This document shows, piece after piece, positions 54,256 through 64,000 of a stretch of DNA of 64,000 bases (position 1 is its first letter; every line of letters begins with the position of its first letter). This DNA comes from an uncultured bacterium (lineage in GTDB: Bacteria > Planctomycetota > UBA1135 > GCA-002686595). The notes beneath the pieces are model-generated. The model did no database searches. It worked only from the letters and a program-made list of their open reading frames with translations, and had not been told where the DNA came from. Made by a program: the position numbers and the translations under genes. Location of the stretch: NCBI GenBank assembly GCA_943787795.1, contig CALSNU010000004.1, positions 416,001 to 480,000 on the forward strand, in the 5' to 3' direction.

Positions 54256-56285
54256 TCCTCGACCCCCCTGGGCGCGCTGCCCTCCGGGGCGCAGAGCAGC
54301 AGCTCCGCGATCAGGGCGCCGAGCACCAGGAAGAGGAAGATCCTCCACACCTCGTCCAGCAGGGAGCCGCCCGCGGTGGCCGTCCGGGTCGTGGTCACCA
54401 CCACGTCGAGCGGCGCGAGGCTCTCGGTCAGGGCCTCCTCCGGCAAAGAGCGTGAGGCGTCCTCGGCCAGCGGGCGATTGAGGGCGACAAAGGCCTCGCC
54501 GTCGGTGAGCACCCCCGCCCTGCGACCCCGCTCGGCGAGCGAGTCGGGCCGGTCGCTCGCGGCAACCGACCAGCGCTCCTCGAGCCAGCGCTTGTCCGCG
54601 CTCGCGACCTGCTGCTCCTCGGACCCGAGCGCGGCCGCGGCCTGATCGAGCGCGCGGTGCACCACCGCCATGAAGACGATCCCCTGGGTGGCGAGGTCGC
54701 TGGACCTCGACTCGGGCAGGGTCCCCATGAAGTACGCGGCGCCGCGCCCCAGCGCGGACTTGGTCATCAGGGCCTGGCCGCCGTCCAGCCCAGCGATGGG
54801 GATCCGGGCCACGGGAGCCTCCCCCACCGCTCGAATCGAGCACACCCGGCGCAGCGTCACCTCTCCCACAGGGAGCGGCGTCCCGTCCGCGCCCGACGCG
54901 AGCAGGTCAGCGTCCGCGCGCCAGGTCTTCACCGCGCTGTCGCGAGCCTCCTGTTCCACGAGGCCCCACTGGCCCCAGCCCAGGCCAGCAAAGGACCCAC
55001 CGGCGGGCACAGGGGGCGGGAGGAAGAGGACCACCCCGCCGGCCTCACAGAAGCGCTTCACCTCCGCCGCGGCCTCCCCCTCGGGGAGCGGTGCCTGCCA
55101 CGCGAGGAACGTCACGCCATCAAGGTCCACGTCGGCCTCCAACCCGGAGGCGAGCTGCCGGACCTCGTGGATCACGTCCGGACCCGCCGGCGACTTCGCG
55201 GCCACCGAGACGACGGCTCCCACCGCCGGCGACTGTGCGAGCACCGCCGTCTCGATCACCGGCGTGCTGCCGAAGGAGAACCAGAACCGATCGTCGCCAG
55301 CCCGCCGATCTGCGGGGAGGGCCACCGCGCCGTAGCCCGATTCCAGCTGCGGGTCGATGGCGACTCGGTGCCCCACCAGCCGGCCCTCTTTTCCCGTCAG
55401 CTCGACCTCCACGGTGGTCCGGGCGCCGCCCACCTCGATGGCCACCGGCACCCGCATGGCGGTATCGCCGCTGGCGTCGGTGGCTGCGGCCCTGGTGACC
55501 ACCAGGTCCAGCACCAGCGCAGCGGCCTCGCCCTCCGACTCTCGGCGGACGCTCACCACCCGGATCGAGAGGTTGTCGCCTGCGACCTCCGGGAACGTCG
55601 TGAGCCGCACCCGAGCCCCGCCCCCGCCGCTGACACCCGTGAGTTCCTGCGCCACGGCCTCCCACCGGCCGTCCTCAGGGCTCCAGTCCTCCCGCTGCGC
55701 ATCGGTCAGCGCCCAGACCTCGGCCCGTCCGGCGCCCGCCTCCTCGATGTAGCCCGCGGCGGTCTCGAAGGCCGCCACGAGCTCGCTGCTCGCCGACGTC
55801 GCCTCGTTGAAGCCAAGCGCCGACAGGGCATCGATGCTCTCGGGGCGCAGCACCTCGCTCGGCCGCGTGGCGTCGATCACGATGAGCTCGCGGGGCGACG
55901 CGACCGCGAGCGCGTCACTGGCGCCGCGCAGGCCAAACGCCAGCTTGGTCTCGGGGAGCCCGCCCACCTCCTCCCCCATGCTGCTCGAGCGATCGACGAT
56001 GAGGACCACCTGGTCGAGCCGCTCGCCCGCGACCCGGGCGGCCCACCCGCCGGCGATGGGCCGTCCGAGCGTCAACAGCAGCGCGAGCACCGCGAGTGTC
56101 CTGGCCGCCAGCAGCAGGAACTCCCGGAGCCGCTGCCGCCCGCGGGAGGAGCGCTCGCCGTCGAGCAGGAACATCATCGCGCCCCACTCCACGACGCGGT
56201 GACGCCGACGATGAAGGAGGTGCACGACGACCGGCAGCGCCACGAGCGGGAGGGCGAAGAGCGCGATGGGCTGAAGGAGGTTCAT
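54252..56285 (-). CDS. BatA N-terminal domain + vWA membrane protein
   Basis: MNLLQP...LPVVVHLLHRRR...WGAMMFL, GRP, MIDAS DRSSSM, TDAQ, C-terminal TM ending AELLL. Confidence 0.87.
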   Translation of the reverse strand: MNLLQPIALFALPLVALPVVVHLLHRRRHRVVEWGAMMFLLDGERSSRGRQRLREFLLLAARTLAVLALLLTLGRPIAGGWAARVAGERLDQVVLIVDRSSSMGEEVGGLPETKLAFGLRGASDALAVASPRELIVIDATRPSEVLRPESIDALSALGFNEATSASSELVAAFETAAGYIEEAGAGRAEVWALTDAQREDWSPEDGRWEAVAQELTGVSGGGGARVRLTTFPEVAGDNLSIRVVSVRRESEGEAAALVLDLVVTRAAATDASGDTAMRVPVAIEVGGARTTVEVELTGKEGRLVGHRVAIDPQLESGYGAVALPADRRAGDDRFWFSFGSTPVIETAVLAQSPAVGAVVSVAAKSPAGPDVIHEVRQLASGLEADVDLDGVTFLAWQAPLPEGEAAAEVKRFCEAGGVVLFLPPPVPAGGSFAGLGWGQWGLVEQEARDSAVKTWRADADLLASGADGTPLPVGEVTLRRVCSIRAVGEAPVARIPIAGLDGGQALMTKSALGRGAAYFMGTLPESRSSDLATQGIVFMAVVHRALDQAAAALGSEEQQVASADKRWLEERWSVAASDRPDSLAERGRRAGVLTDGEAFVALNRPLAEDASRSLPEEALTESLAPLDVVVTTTRTATAGGSLLDEVWRIFLFLVLGALIAELLLCAPEGSAPRGVEE

Positions 56286-57211
56286 CGGCGCCCCCCCTTG
56301 CCCGCTCTGGCCAGCAAGTAGGCCGCGACGCCGCTCGCGATGTCCTGGTCCAGGAAGGTCTCCCGAAGGTCGACGTCCGCGGCGAGCGCGATGGAGGCCA
56401 GGGCGCTCCGGTGGCGACGCCAGGCGGCCAGGTACCGCGAGGCCACCATCGACGGGTCTGCGAGGACGGGCGCACCGCCTTCGGGGTCCACAAAGCGCGT
56501 GGCCTCCTCGAAGCGAAACTCCGACTCGTCGCGGTCGACGATCTGAAATGCGCTCGTCTCGTGCCCCCGATAGCGGAGGTGCTGGAAGGCGTCGCGGAGA
56601 CCTCCGGGATCCATGAACAGGTCCGAGAAGACACAGACCAGGGCCCGCCGCCCCGTCCGCTCGGCCACATCGTGGAGCACCTCCACGAGGCGGGTGGGCC
56701 CACCAGGCTCGATCCTGGCCATCTCGCCGGCGAGCACCCGCAGGTGCGAGGGCCTTCGGCGGGATGGGATGCGGACGGTCTCGCCCTCCGCGGCGATCGT
56801 CACCCCCGCGGCGTCCCCCTGCCGAATCGCCAGCTGCGCGATCGAGGCCGCCAGGCGGCAGGCCAGCTCGTACTTCGTCAGCGGCCCTGCTCCGTGTTGG
56901 CCGGAGTAGCGCATGGACCCGCTCCCATCGATCACGAGAACAAGCCGCAGGTTCGTGTCCGCCTCGAACTCCTTTACGAAGTGTCGATCCGACCGCCCGT
57001 ACACGCGCCAATCGAGCCGCCTGAGGTCGTCCCCGGGCACATAGTCGCGGTACTCCGCGAACTCGACGCTAGAGCCGCGGTGCGGGCTGCGGTGCCGGCC
57101 GGACACCGACCCGATCTTCGCCCGCCTCGCCACGAGAGGGATCTGGCCGACCCGCGCGAGCACGGCGGGATCAAGCATCGCGGCGAGCGCCGCGGCTTCC
57201 TTCGCGCTCAT
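56282..57211 (-). CDS. DUF58 family protein (MoxR-associated, vWA-like)
   Basis: GRHRSPHRGSSVEFAEYRDYVPGDDLRRLDW, VKEFEADT, DGSGSM, SDL. Confidence 0.93.
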   Translation of the reverse strand: MSAKEAAALAAMLDPAVLARVGQIPLVARRAKIGSVSGRHRSPHRGSSVEFAEYRDYVPGDDLRRLDWRVYGRSDRHFVKEFEADTNLRLVLVIDGSGSMRYSGQHGAGPLTKYELACRLAASIAQLAIRQGDAAGVTIAAEGETVRIPSRRRPSHLRVLAGEMARIEPGGPTRLVEVLHDVAERTGRRALVCVFSDLFMDPGGLRDAFQHLRYRGHETSAFQIVDRDESEFRFEEATRFVDPEGGAPVLADPSMVASRYLAAWRRHRSALASIALAADVDLRETFLDQDIASGVAAYLLARAGKGGRR

Positions 57212-57510
57212 CTGCAGGATCCCTCCGACACAGGCCGCGCGACCGGTTCAAGCGAGCTACGGAGGAAGGTCATGCGCTGGAGGGAGGACGGCTCCCCGAT
57301 GGCTATTAGACGAGAAGTCCGCCCATCGAGGCACGTCCGTCCCCGCGGAGCGGCCCGTTTGCCCAAGGCTGACCGAGCCCGCTGCCGGCCCCTCAGGGGG
57401 GGCCAGCCGTGTCGATTCGAGTCACTCCGCGAAACGGGCCGCCGCCGCTCAAGCTCGGGGCCCCGGCTGACCGTTCTCTCCAGCGGCGCCGACCTACGGC
57501 CCAGACCGCC

Positions 57511-58215
57511 ATGAAGTACTCCGATCGAATCAGCCTGCTCTCGCTCCTCGTCGCCCCCCTTGCCGCCTGCCAGTCGAGCGGGTACATGTCCTCGGTCGCG
57601 CTGACCGGCGCGCAGAGTCGCCAGCACGTGGTGGAGGCCATCAGCGAGGGCGTCACGGAGCAGGGGATGGCCAGGGACGAGTTCGTCTCCGCGGGGCGCA
57701 TGCTCGCGAGCATCCAGACCGCCAGCGAAGCAGCAGCCTCCGAGCTCTACTCCGAGTACCTCGACCAGATCGATCTCTGCGCCCGCCGCGTTGAGAGCTT
57801 CGAGGACCAGATCAAGGTCGTCCAGTCCGGCGCGGAGGAGCTGTTCGTCGACTGGGAGGCCGAGCTCGAGCAGTTCACCAGCGAGGCGATCCGAGAGCAG
57901 AGCTCTCGCCGGCTCGACGCCGCGCGCAGCGGCTTCGCGCTCCTGCACGATGAGCTCACGGGCGTCCACGGACAGATGATTGCCAGTCTCTCCACCCACA
58001 AGGACTACGCCCTGTACTTCAACCACAACCTCGCCGGCTCCAGCAGGGAGCTCCTCGGCAGCGAGAACGGTCGCTTCAAGGCGACGATCGCCGCCATGAG
58101 CAAGGACTGCAAGGTCGTGGAGGCCGACGCTCAGACCTTCAACGAGCGACTCTCCGGCGCACCTGAAGCGGCCCCCGAACCCGCCACGGCCGCGGCGCCC
58201 GAGAGCACGCCCTGA
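57511..58215 (+). CDS. DUF2959-like helical lipoprotein
   Basis: Lipobox LAAC, LFVDWEAEL, DYALYFNHNL; start ATG 57511. Confidence 0.75.
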   Translation: MKYSDRISLLSLLVAPLAACQSSGYMSSVALTGAQSRQHVVEAISEGVTEQGMARDEFVSAGRMLASIQTASEAAASELYSEYLDQIDLCARRVESFEDQIKVVQSGAEELFVDWEAELEQFTSEAIREQSSRRLDAARSGFALLHDELTGVHGQMIASLSTHKDYALYFNHNLAGSSRELLGSENGRFKATIAAMSKDCKVVEADAQTFNERLSGAPEAAPEPATAAAPESTP

Positions 58216-58228
58216 GCGGCGCGCGGGT

Positions 58229-61200
58229 CTAGAGGCCGAAGAAGCCGAAGACGCGCCCGAAGAACCCCTTGCGCGGCGTCCCCGCCCGAGTCCTGACGTC
58301 GACCCGGCTCTGCTGCGCCTCGGAGCCGGCCTCGGGCGGCTGGTACCTGGGACGCTTGAGGTTGACCCGGCTCTGATCCACCTGCTCCCGGATCAACGCC
58401 CGCATCAACGCGTCCATCCGGGCCTGCGCGAGCTCCAGGGCCACCCGCCTGCGACGACGCTCCGCCTTTCCGGCCGCGTTCCGGCCCAGGAGCCCGGCGA
58501 CCTGGTCCACCCGGGTCTCCACCTCCCCGAGTTCGCGGGAGATCTGGACGAGAGCCGCCTGCGCGTCCTCAAAGGCGCTGATCCGCGCCAGGGTGAGGTG
58601 CGATCGGGCCGCCGCGGCGACCTCACCGCGCTGGCGAGCGAGGACGTCGCGCTCACGCCGCAGCGACTGGAGCAGCTTCACCGCCACGTCACCGTCGGGG
58701 TTGGCGAGCTCGCGCGCTCGCTCGATGTCCCCGAGCCCGAAGTGGTGCGTCCCCTCCAGCTCGAGGAGCGGGTCCTTGGCCATGGCCTTCACGATGGCCT
58801 TGAGCGCGGGAGGCAACTCGCTGTCCACGTGGGCGCTCCCGACCGCGAAGTCGACGGCGGCCTCCATCCCCGCGTACTTCGGCGTCCGGTCCCGGCCTCC
58901 GATCAGGCCGCCAAGACCGACCACGTCGGTCACGGACCCGACCGCTCGCAGCGGAGCCGCGGCGAGCGCGGCGGTGACGAGGCGCAGGAACGCCGCCGAG
59001 GCCTTGGCCGAGATCTCCGCCATCCCCATGGAGGACCCGCCGCCGAAGTCGAAGGACAGGGGCAGGCGGATCTCACCCTGCTCGTTCTTCAGGACAAAGA
59101 CGACGGTGTCCAGGGGCGCCGGGAGCTTGAGGAACCGCGAGATGGGTCCGCCCTCCGGCTCCGACAGTGAGAGGTGAGCGAAGCTCACGGTCGAGTCGAC
59201 GTGTCCGCCCCGCTTCCCGGCCAGGCGCGACCTGGAGTTGATGTCGAGCACGCCGTCGCCGATGTCGATACCGGATGCGATCGCCGCCCCTCGTAGGGCG
59301 GTCAACTCGAACCCCTGGATCGCGCCCTGAACCCAGCCAGACGTCGAGGGGTAGAAGGTCAGCTGTCCGGACGAGACCAGCTCCTTGAAGAGCGGGCGGT
59401 CCTCGTACTTGACGACCTCCGCCTCGCGGGAGGACATGGCGCCCGCCACGCCCTCCGCCACGCCGCGGAGCACAGAGGTCTGCTTGAGCCGCACGGGGAG
59501 GGAGACGTTCCCGCCGCCGAGCGAGAGCGAGAACCTCAGCGGACGCGGCTGCGTGAGCATCCGACTACTCAGCCCGCGGACCTCGGCGTCCATCGCCACG
59601 AGGGGAATCGAGAGCGTCGGCGTCACGGTCAGGTCCTCATAGAGGAGGTCCAGGTCCCGCAGCAGGAGGTCGTCGATGGTCACGTTCGCCGAGGGCCCTC
59701 CCGATCGGGCAGGCTGCGCCGCGCCCGCCACGCCGTCCCCCTGGGAACGCTCGGGCGGACCATCGCTCGCCTTCCCAGGCGCTGCACTCTCCTCGGCCGC
59801 GAGGACCTCCGCCACGTCGGCCTCTGCCCCAGCGTCCGTTTCGCTGGCCGAAGAGGCCGGCCCGGGCTCCGTACCGGGGGGCGCCGCCGGGTCCATCTTG
59901 GGTGTTGATTCGAGCTCAGCCGGCGAGTTCGCCACCGAGCTCGCCGCCGAGCTCGGATCAGAGTCCGCGGCCTCGTCCGTGTCCGCTGCGACCAGCATGC
60001 CGGCGATCTCCAGCCCGCCCTTGACCCTCCGCACCACCCCCTGGGGGTTCTCGATCTCGACCCGCCGAAACTGGTAGCGCCCGGAGCGCGGCGAGATATT
60101 CGCGGCGTCCAGGGACAGCAGGTCGAGCCCGAGGGTCACGGGACCGCCGGCCTTGCTACGGAGCGCGAGGTCGTTCACCTCGAGACCGAGGCCGAAGCCC
60201 CCCCTCAGGTCGAAGTCCAGGGGTCCGCCACGCCTCCACCTGAACTGACTGTGGATCGCCGCCGAGAAGCTGCCGCCCTCGAAGCCGGACTCCGCGCTGG
60301 CGACCTGACGCTCCGGGAAGACGGAGCGGAGAAAATCGCCGTCCAACCCCTCGATCTGGATCTTGGCGTCGAACTCCGGCTCGTTGTCGAAGGGAGTGAG
60401 CGCGAGATCCAGGCTGAGGCTGGCGCCGCCGGGCTGGGCGCTCGCGGTGATCGCGACCTCAACCGGCGGCGCTTCCTCCATGAAGTCCTCGGCCCCGAAC
60501 TCCACGGCGTCCTTCAGCGCGACCCGCGAGGTCACCACGAAGGGGTCGGCGCTGGCTCCCTCTGTGGACAGGCGGAGCTCCTTCAGGTCGAGGTCCAACG
60601 CTCCCAGGCGGACGCTGCGAAGACGTCGCCGCGCGGCGGGCTGGGGCGCCTCGCCCCCGCTGCTCGCGACCTCGCTGGCTCGGCTTGTACCGCCGGACTT
60701 GACTGCGCCGCTGGGCTCAACTGCGCCGCCGGGTGGATCTGTGCCGCCGGGTGGATCTGTACCGCCGGGCTCACTCCCGTCGCCAGGTTCAGGTGAGACC
60801 AGGTCGACGCCCGCGACCCGGAGGCCCCCATCGGACAGCCGCACGACCTCGAGCGCGAGGTCCTCGGCGGTCACCTCACCCACGTCGATCACCCCGCTGG
60901 CTCCGTCGAGGCGAGGCGCCGTGAACTTCAGGCTCGACGCCCCGAGGAGAGGCCGATCGGCGCCCCGTTCGCGCAGGTCCAGGTCATCGACCTGGATCGT
61001 CAGCGCGTCACCGCCCTGCTCGGGTTGGCTCCAGCTGCCGCGCACCCGCGCGCGCGCCACGCCGTCCGAAAAGCTCAGGGCCACCCCCTCGGGAAGAAAG
61101 CGCTCCAGCGCCTCTTCTCCAACCCCTTCCACGGCGAGCGCGAGCTCAAGCGAGGGTGCTGCCGGGTCCGGCCGAAGACTCCCTGAAGTGGACCACCGCG

Positions 61201-64000
61201 CTCCCCCCACCGCGAGCTGCGCGGAGCACTCAGCAGGCTGCGCTCCCGCGCCTGGCGCGAGCCCCTGTACCCCAAGGGAGGCGTTGAGGATGAGCGGCGG
61301 CTCCGCCGCCTCCCCGAGATCCACGAGCGTGACGCTGGCGCCGTCGACTCGGCCATCGTTGAGCGACAACCACCCCGATGGCGTCGGGAGGGCGGGCGCC
61401 ACATCCGGCTGGGTCCCCCGGGTCGGAGCCGGGCCCACCGCTGACTCCGGAGGGAGGACGTGCATGCCCAGCGCAGTCCATCCGCCGGCGGCATCTCTCT
61501 CCAGGCGGAGACGGGGCTCGGTGAGCCGCAGCGACTCGATGGCTGCGGTGACGTCTCCGCCGATGCGCATGCCCTCCACACGCAGCTCCTTGAGGTCGAG
61601 CCACTCCTTCACCTCGGAGCCGGCCTGGTCCGCCAGGCGCACAGGCCCCACGGCAAGGGCGAGCTCCGGGCGTCCCTCGACCGCACGGACGCCCAGCTCG
61701 AAGCGTCCATCCAGCGCACCATCCTGGAGCTCGGGCTCGACCCCCAGGAGCTCGAACCACTCCTTGACCGGGTCCAGGTTGAGTCCCCGCGCTGCGGTCG
61801 ACCCCCGGACGCGAAGGCCACCGTCCTCCAAACCGTCGAACCGAACCGAGGCGGAGAACTCACGCGCGACTCGAACCGTCCCGCTGGCCGAGGCCTCGAA
61901 GGACTCAGGGCCGGCGTCCGCGCCGTCCACGCGCCCCGCCTTCACGGTGATCGGACCGATCGAGATCGGCACCTCGCTGCTCTGGTCGCTGAAGAGATCG
62001 AGGCGCTCGAACTGGAGGTCGAGGCGTGGGAGCCAGACCTTGGGGACCACGAAGGGCTCGCTCGGTGCCGTCGTGGGCGCAGATGGAGCCGTCGCGACAG
62101 GTTCCCCGGTGATCGGGGCGGCAGTCTGCGCCGTCGTCGGCGCCGAAGGCCCGGAGGCCACGTTGAATCGCAGACCGACCGCCTCGACGGAATCATCGAG
62201 GCGACGGCGAACACGGCCACGGGCTCCGCCGAGGGAAGCCCGGATGCCGTCCTTGCCGCCCACCACGAACTCAGCCATGTCCATCGCCGCGAGCTCATCC
62301 CCCCCATCCGTCACCCTCAGCCCGCGAGCCGCGAAGGTGAGCCCGTCCACGTCGATCTTGTCGACCTCGAACGTTCCGCTCTCGAAGGCCGGCTCCATCC
62401 CCGCCATGGCGAGGTAGGGCGCCAGCTCCTCCGGGGTGAGTCCGGCGATCTTGATGCCGCCGCTCGCCTGGAAGCGCGGCGCGATCGACCCGATGGACCC
62501 GTCGACCCTGAGCTCCTCCGCGACCCCGGGGATGGTCGCCGAGAGTCGAACGGGGGACGGCGGCGCTCCCTCCTCGGACGAGATCGGTCCGGCGCTGATG
62601 GAGCCCAGCAGCGCGGTGATCCGGTGCCCCTCGCTGAGGTCACGGTCACTGAAGGACAGCCGCGAGTTCTTGAGCTCGGCGCGACTCAGCGACCATCGCA
62701 GAGGTGCCGCGCGGCCTGCCGCTGAGGGGCCTGCAGTTGGGGCGACGGTTGGCGTCTTGGCAGCGGCCGATGGCGGATCCGGCGGGGCTGGATTCGATGG
62801 GGCTGGTTCGATGGGGCTGGCTTCGATTGAGCCGACGTCGTCTGGCCCCCGGCAGCCGGCCCAATCCCCGCGAAGGTGAGTGTCCCATCGGCCTCGAGCG
62901 CGGCCTCGGCCAGGAGCCCGTCGATCAGGATGGAGTCGACGTCGAAGACGCCCTCCCCCAGGGTGTCCACCTTCACCTCGAAGTGCTCGAGACCAAACGC
63001 CTCGGTCTCGTCGGCGCGGACTGCGACGCGATCCAGGGTCAGCAGGGCGTCGAGTTGATTCGGGTTCGCCTCGAGGGGGCTCGCTTGCAGCTGCAACCTC
63101 GCCGCGCCGTCGAGGCGCTCCGCCCGCGGGTCGATCCCGGCCGCAGCGAGGAAGCCGAGCGCAGCCCCCGGGCGCAGGCCCGCCACGGTCAGCTCCAAGG
63201 ACAGATCGGCGCCTTGTGAGGAGAGCGCGCCGGTGCCGCGGAGACGGAGGAGGTCCAGGCATTCGGCGGAGACCGTCCGTAGATCGAGAGCGGCGGGCTC
63301 GCCCTCTGCCCCGACCCCGGTGAGGGTGAGCGAGGTGGTGCTGGTCAGGTCGACCGGCGGAAGCGCTTGGAGGTCTCGAACCCGCAGCCTGAAGTCCTGG
63401 ATCCGCACCTGGTCGACTTCGAAGGGCAGGTCGAAGAGGAGAGGCCCCGGCACGGATGGCTCAGGAGGCGCGGCTGGCGCTCCGCCCCCCGCGAACACGG
63501 CGAAGTTCCAGTCGCCTTCCGCGCCGCGATCCAGGTTCACGGCGGCTCCCTCAAGCACGAGCCGCTCCACGCGGAGGGCGCCCTTCAGGAGCGAGCTCAC
63601 GTCGAGGTCCAGCACCAGGGTCGACGCCGCGATCATGGGCTGAGCGTCCAGCGCGGTGACGCTCCCCCCATCCTCCGGGTCATCCTTCGGCGTCACGCTC
63701 AGTCCCTGGACCTCCACGCGTCCATCGACGAGCTGGAGCTGGAGGGAGGACCAATCCGCCTTCACCCCGCCCGCCGAGAGGGCCGCGCGCAGGGCCGGCT
63801 CCAGGCCGACACCGAGGACGACTCGCATCGCGACCACCAGCGCCGCGACCTTGAACAACCGGCGGCGCCAGCGGCCAGGCCGCTCGACCTTGGCTGCAGA
63901 GGCCCCCTCTGTCGCTGACCCAGCTGAGGGAGATTCGGCAGATCGAGACTTAGCCGGCGGGAACTCAGCCGAAGGGGACTCGCCGGCGGCCTCTTCCGCC
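58229..64000 (-). CDS. Giant DUF748/AsmA-like protein (over 1900 aa), 5' end beyond the window, split by a 1-bp frameshift near 62806
   Basis: The frame of ORF 62686-63858 is open to 64000 and carries an N-terminal TM plus LRVERLVLEG...GDWNF. ORF 58229-63262 carries the rest (LRLERDAAGGW, LKNEQGEIRLPL, OmpA-like tail). The frames switch in a 15/14/15-bp repeat. Confidence 0.8.

Noticed and set aside
57212..57510. Remnant of moxR upstream of DUF58
   Set aside because: No Walker A/B or MoxR-like residues recognised in the frames inspected.
1..64000. tRNA, rRNA, transposase, integrase or prophage genes
   Set aside because: None recognised by eye; covariance-model searches (tRNAscan-SE, Rfam) were not run and small RNAs could be missed.

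Overview
Very GC-rich bacterial DNA, probably Planctomycetota (inferred from the FG-GAP protein C-terminus and the vWA/prenyltransferase-repeat operon). I recognised no rRNA, tRNA, CRISPR array, transposase or integrase. About 40 genes, left to right: partial PhoD-like phosphatase, mazG, queC, an Mrp/ApbC lacking its CxxC, an alpha/beta-hydrolase-VOC fusion, and a VPS10/BNR protein with a PDZ insert. Next is a dispersed aryl-CoA catabolic set resembling the Azoarcus abm (2-aminobenzoate) genes: ligase, acyl-CoA dehydrogenase, enoyl-CoA hydratase, thioesterase, SDR, RidA and a stand-alone OYE. It has no monooxygenase in the window but adds a creatininase-family amidohydrolase, a 2Fe-2S ferredoxin, metF and a translationally coupled pseudokinase. 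Then come an exported LVIVD/YncE/helical-repeat-redoxin-HMA operon, SGNH, TVP38, a MerA-like flavoprotein, a di-heme lipoprotein and an FG-GAP surface protein. A sulfation island follows (GT-C glycosyltransferase, Thr-type sulfatase-like enzyme, arylsulfotransferase, PAPS sulfotransferase) with two gene relics. The window ends with a fully coupled 7-gene DUF58/BatA-vWA/prenyltransferase-repeat operon lacking MoxR, DUF2959, and a giant DUF748/AsmA-like gene frameshifted inside a tandem repeat. Several unit-leading genes show a leaderless-promoter signature, and short tandem repeats (8-18 bp) recur between and within genes. All family calls are from motifs read by eye; no database search was run.
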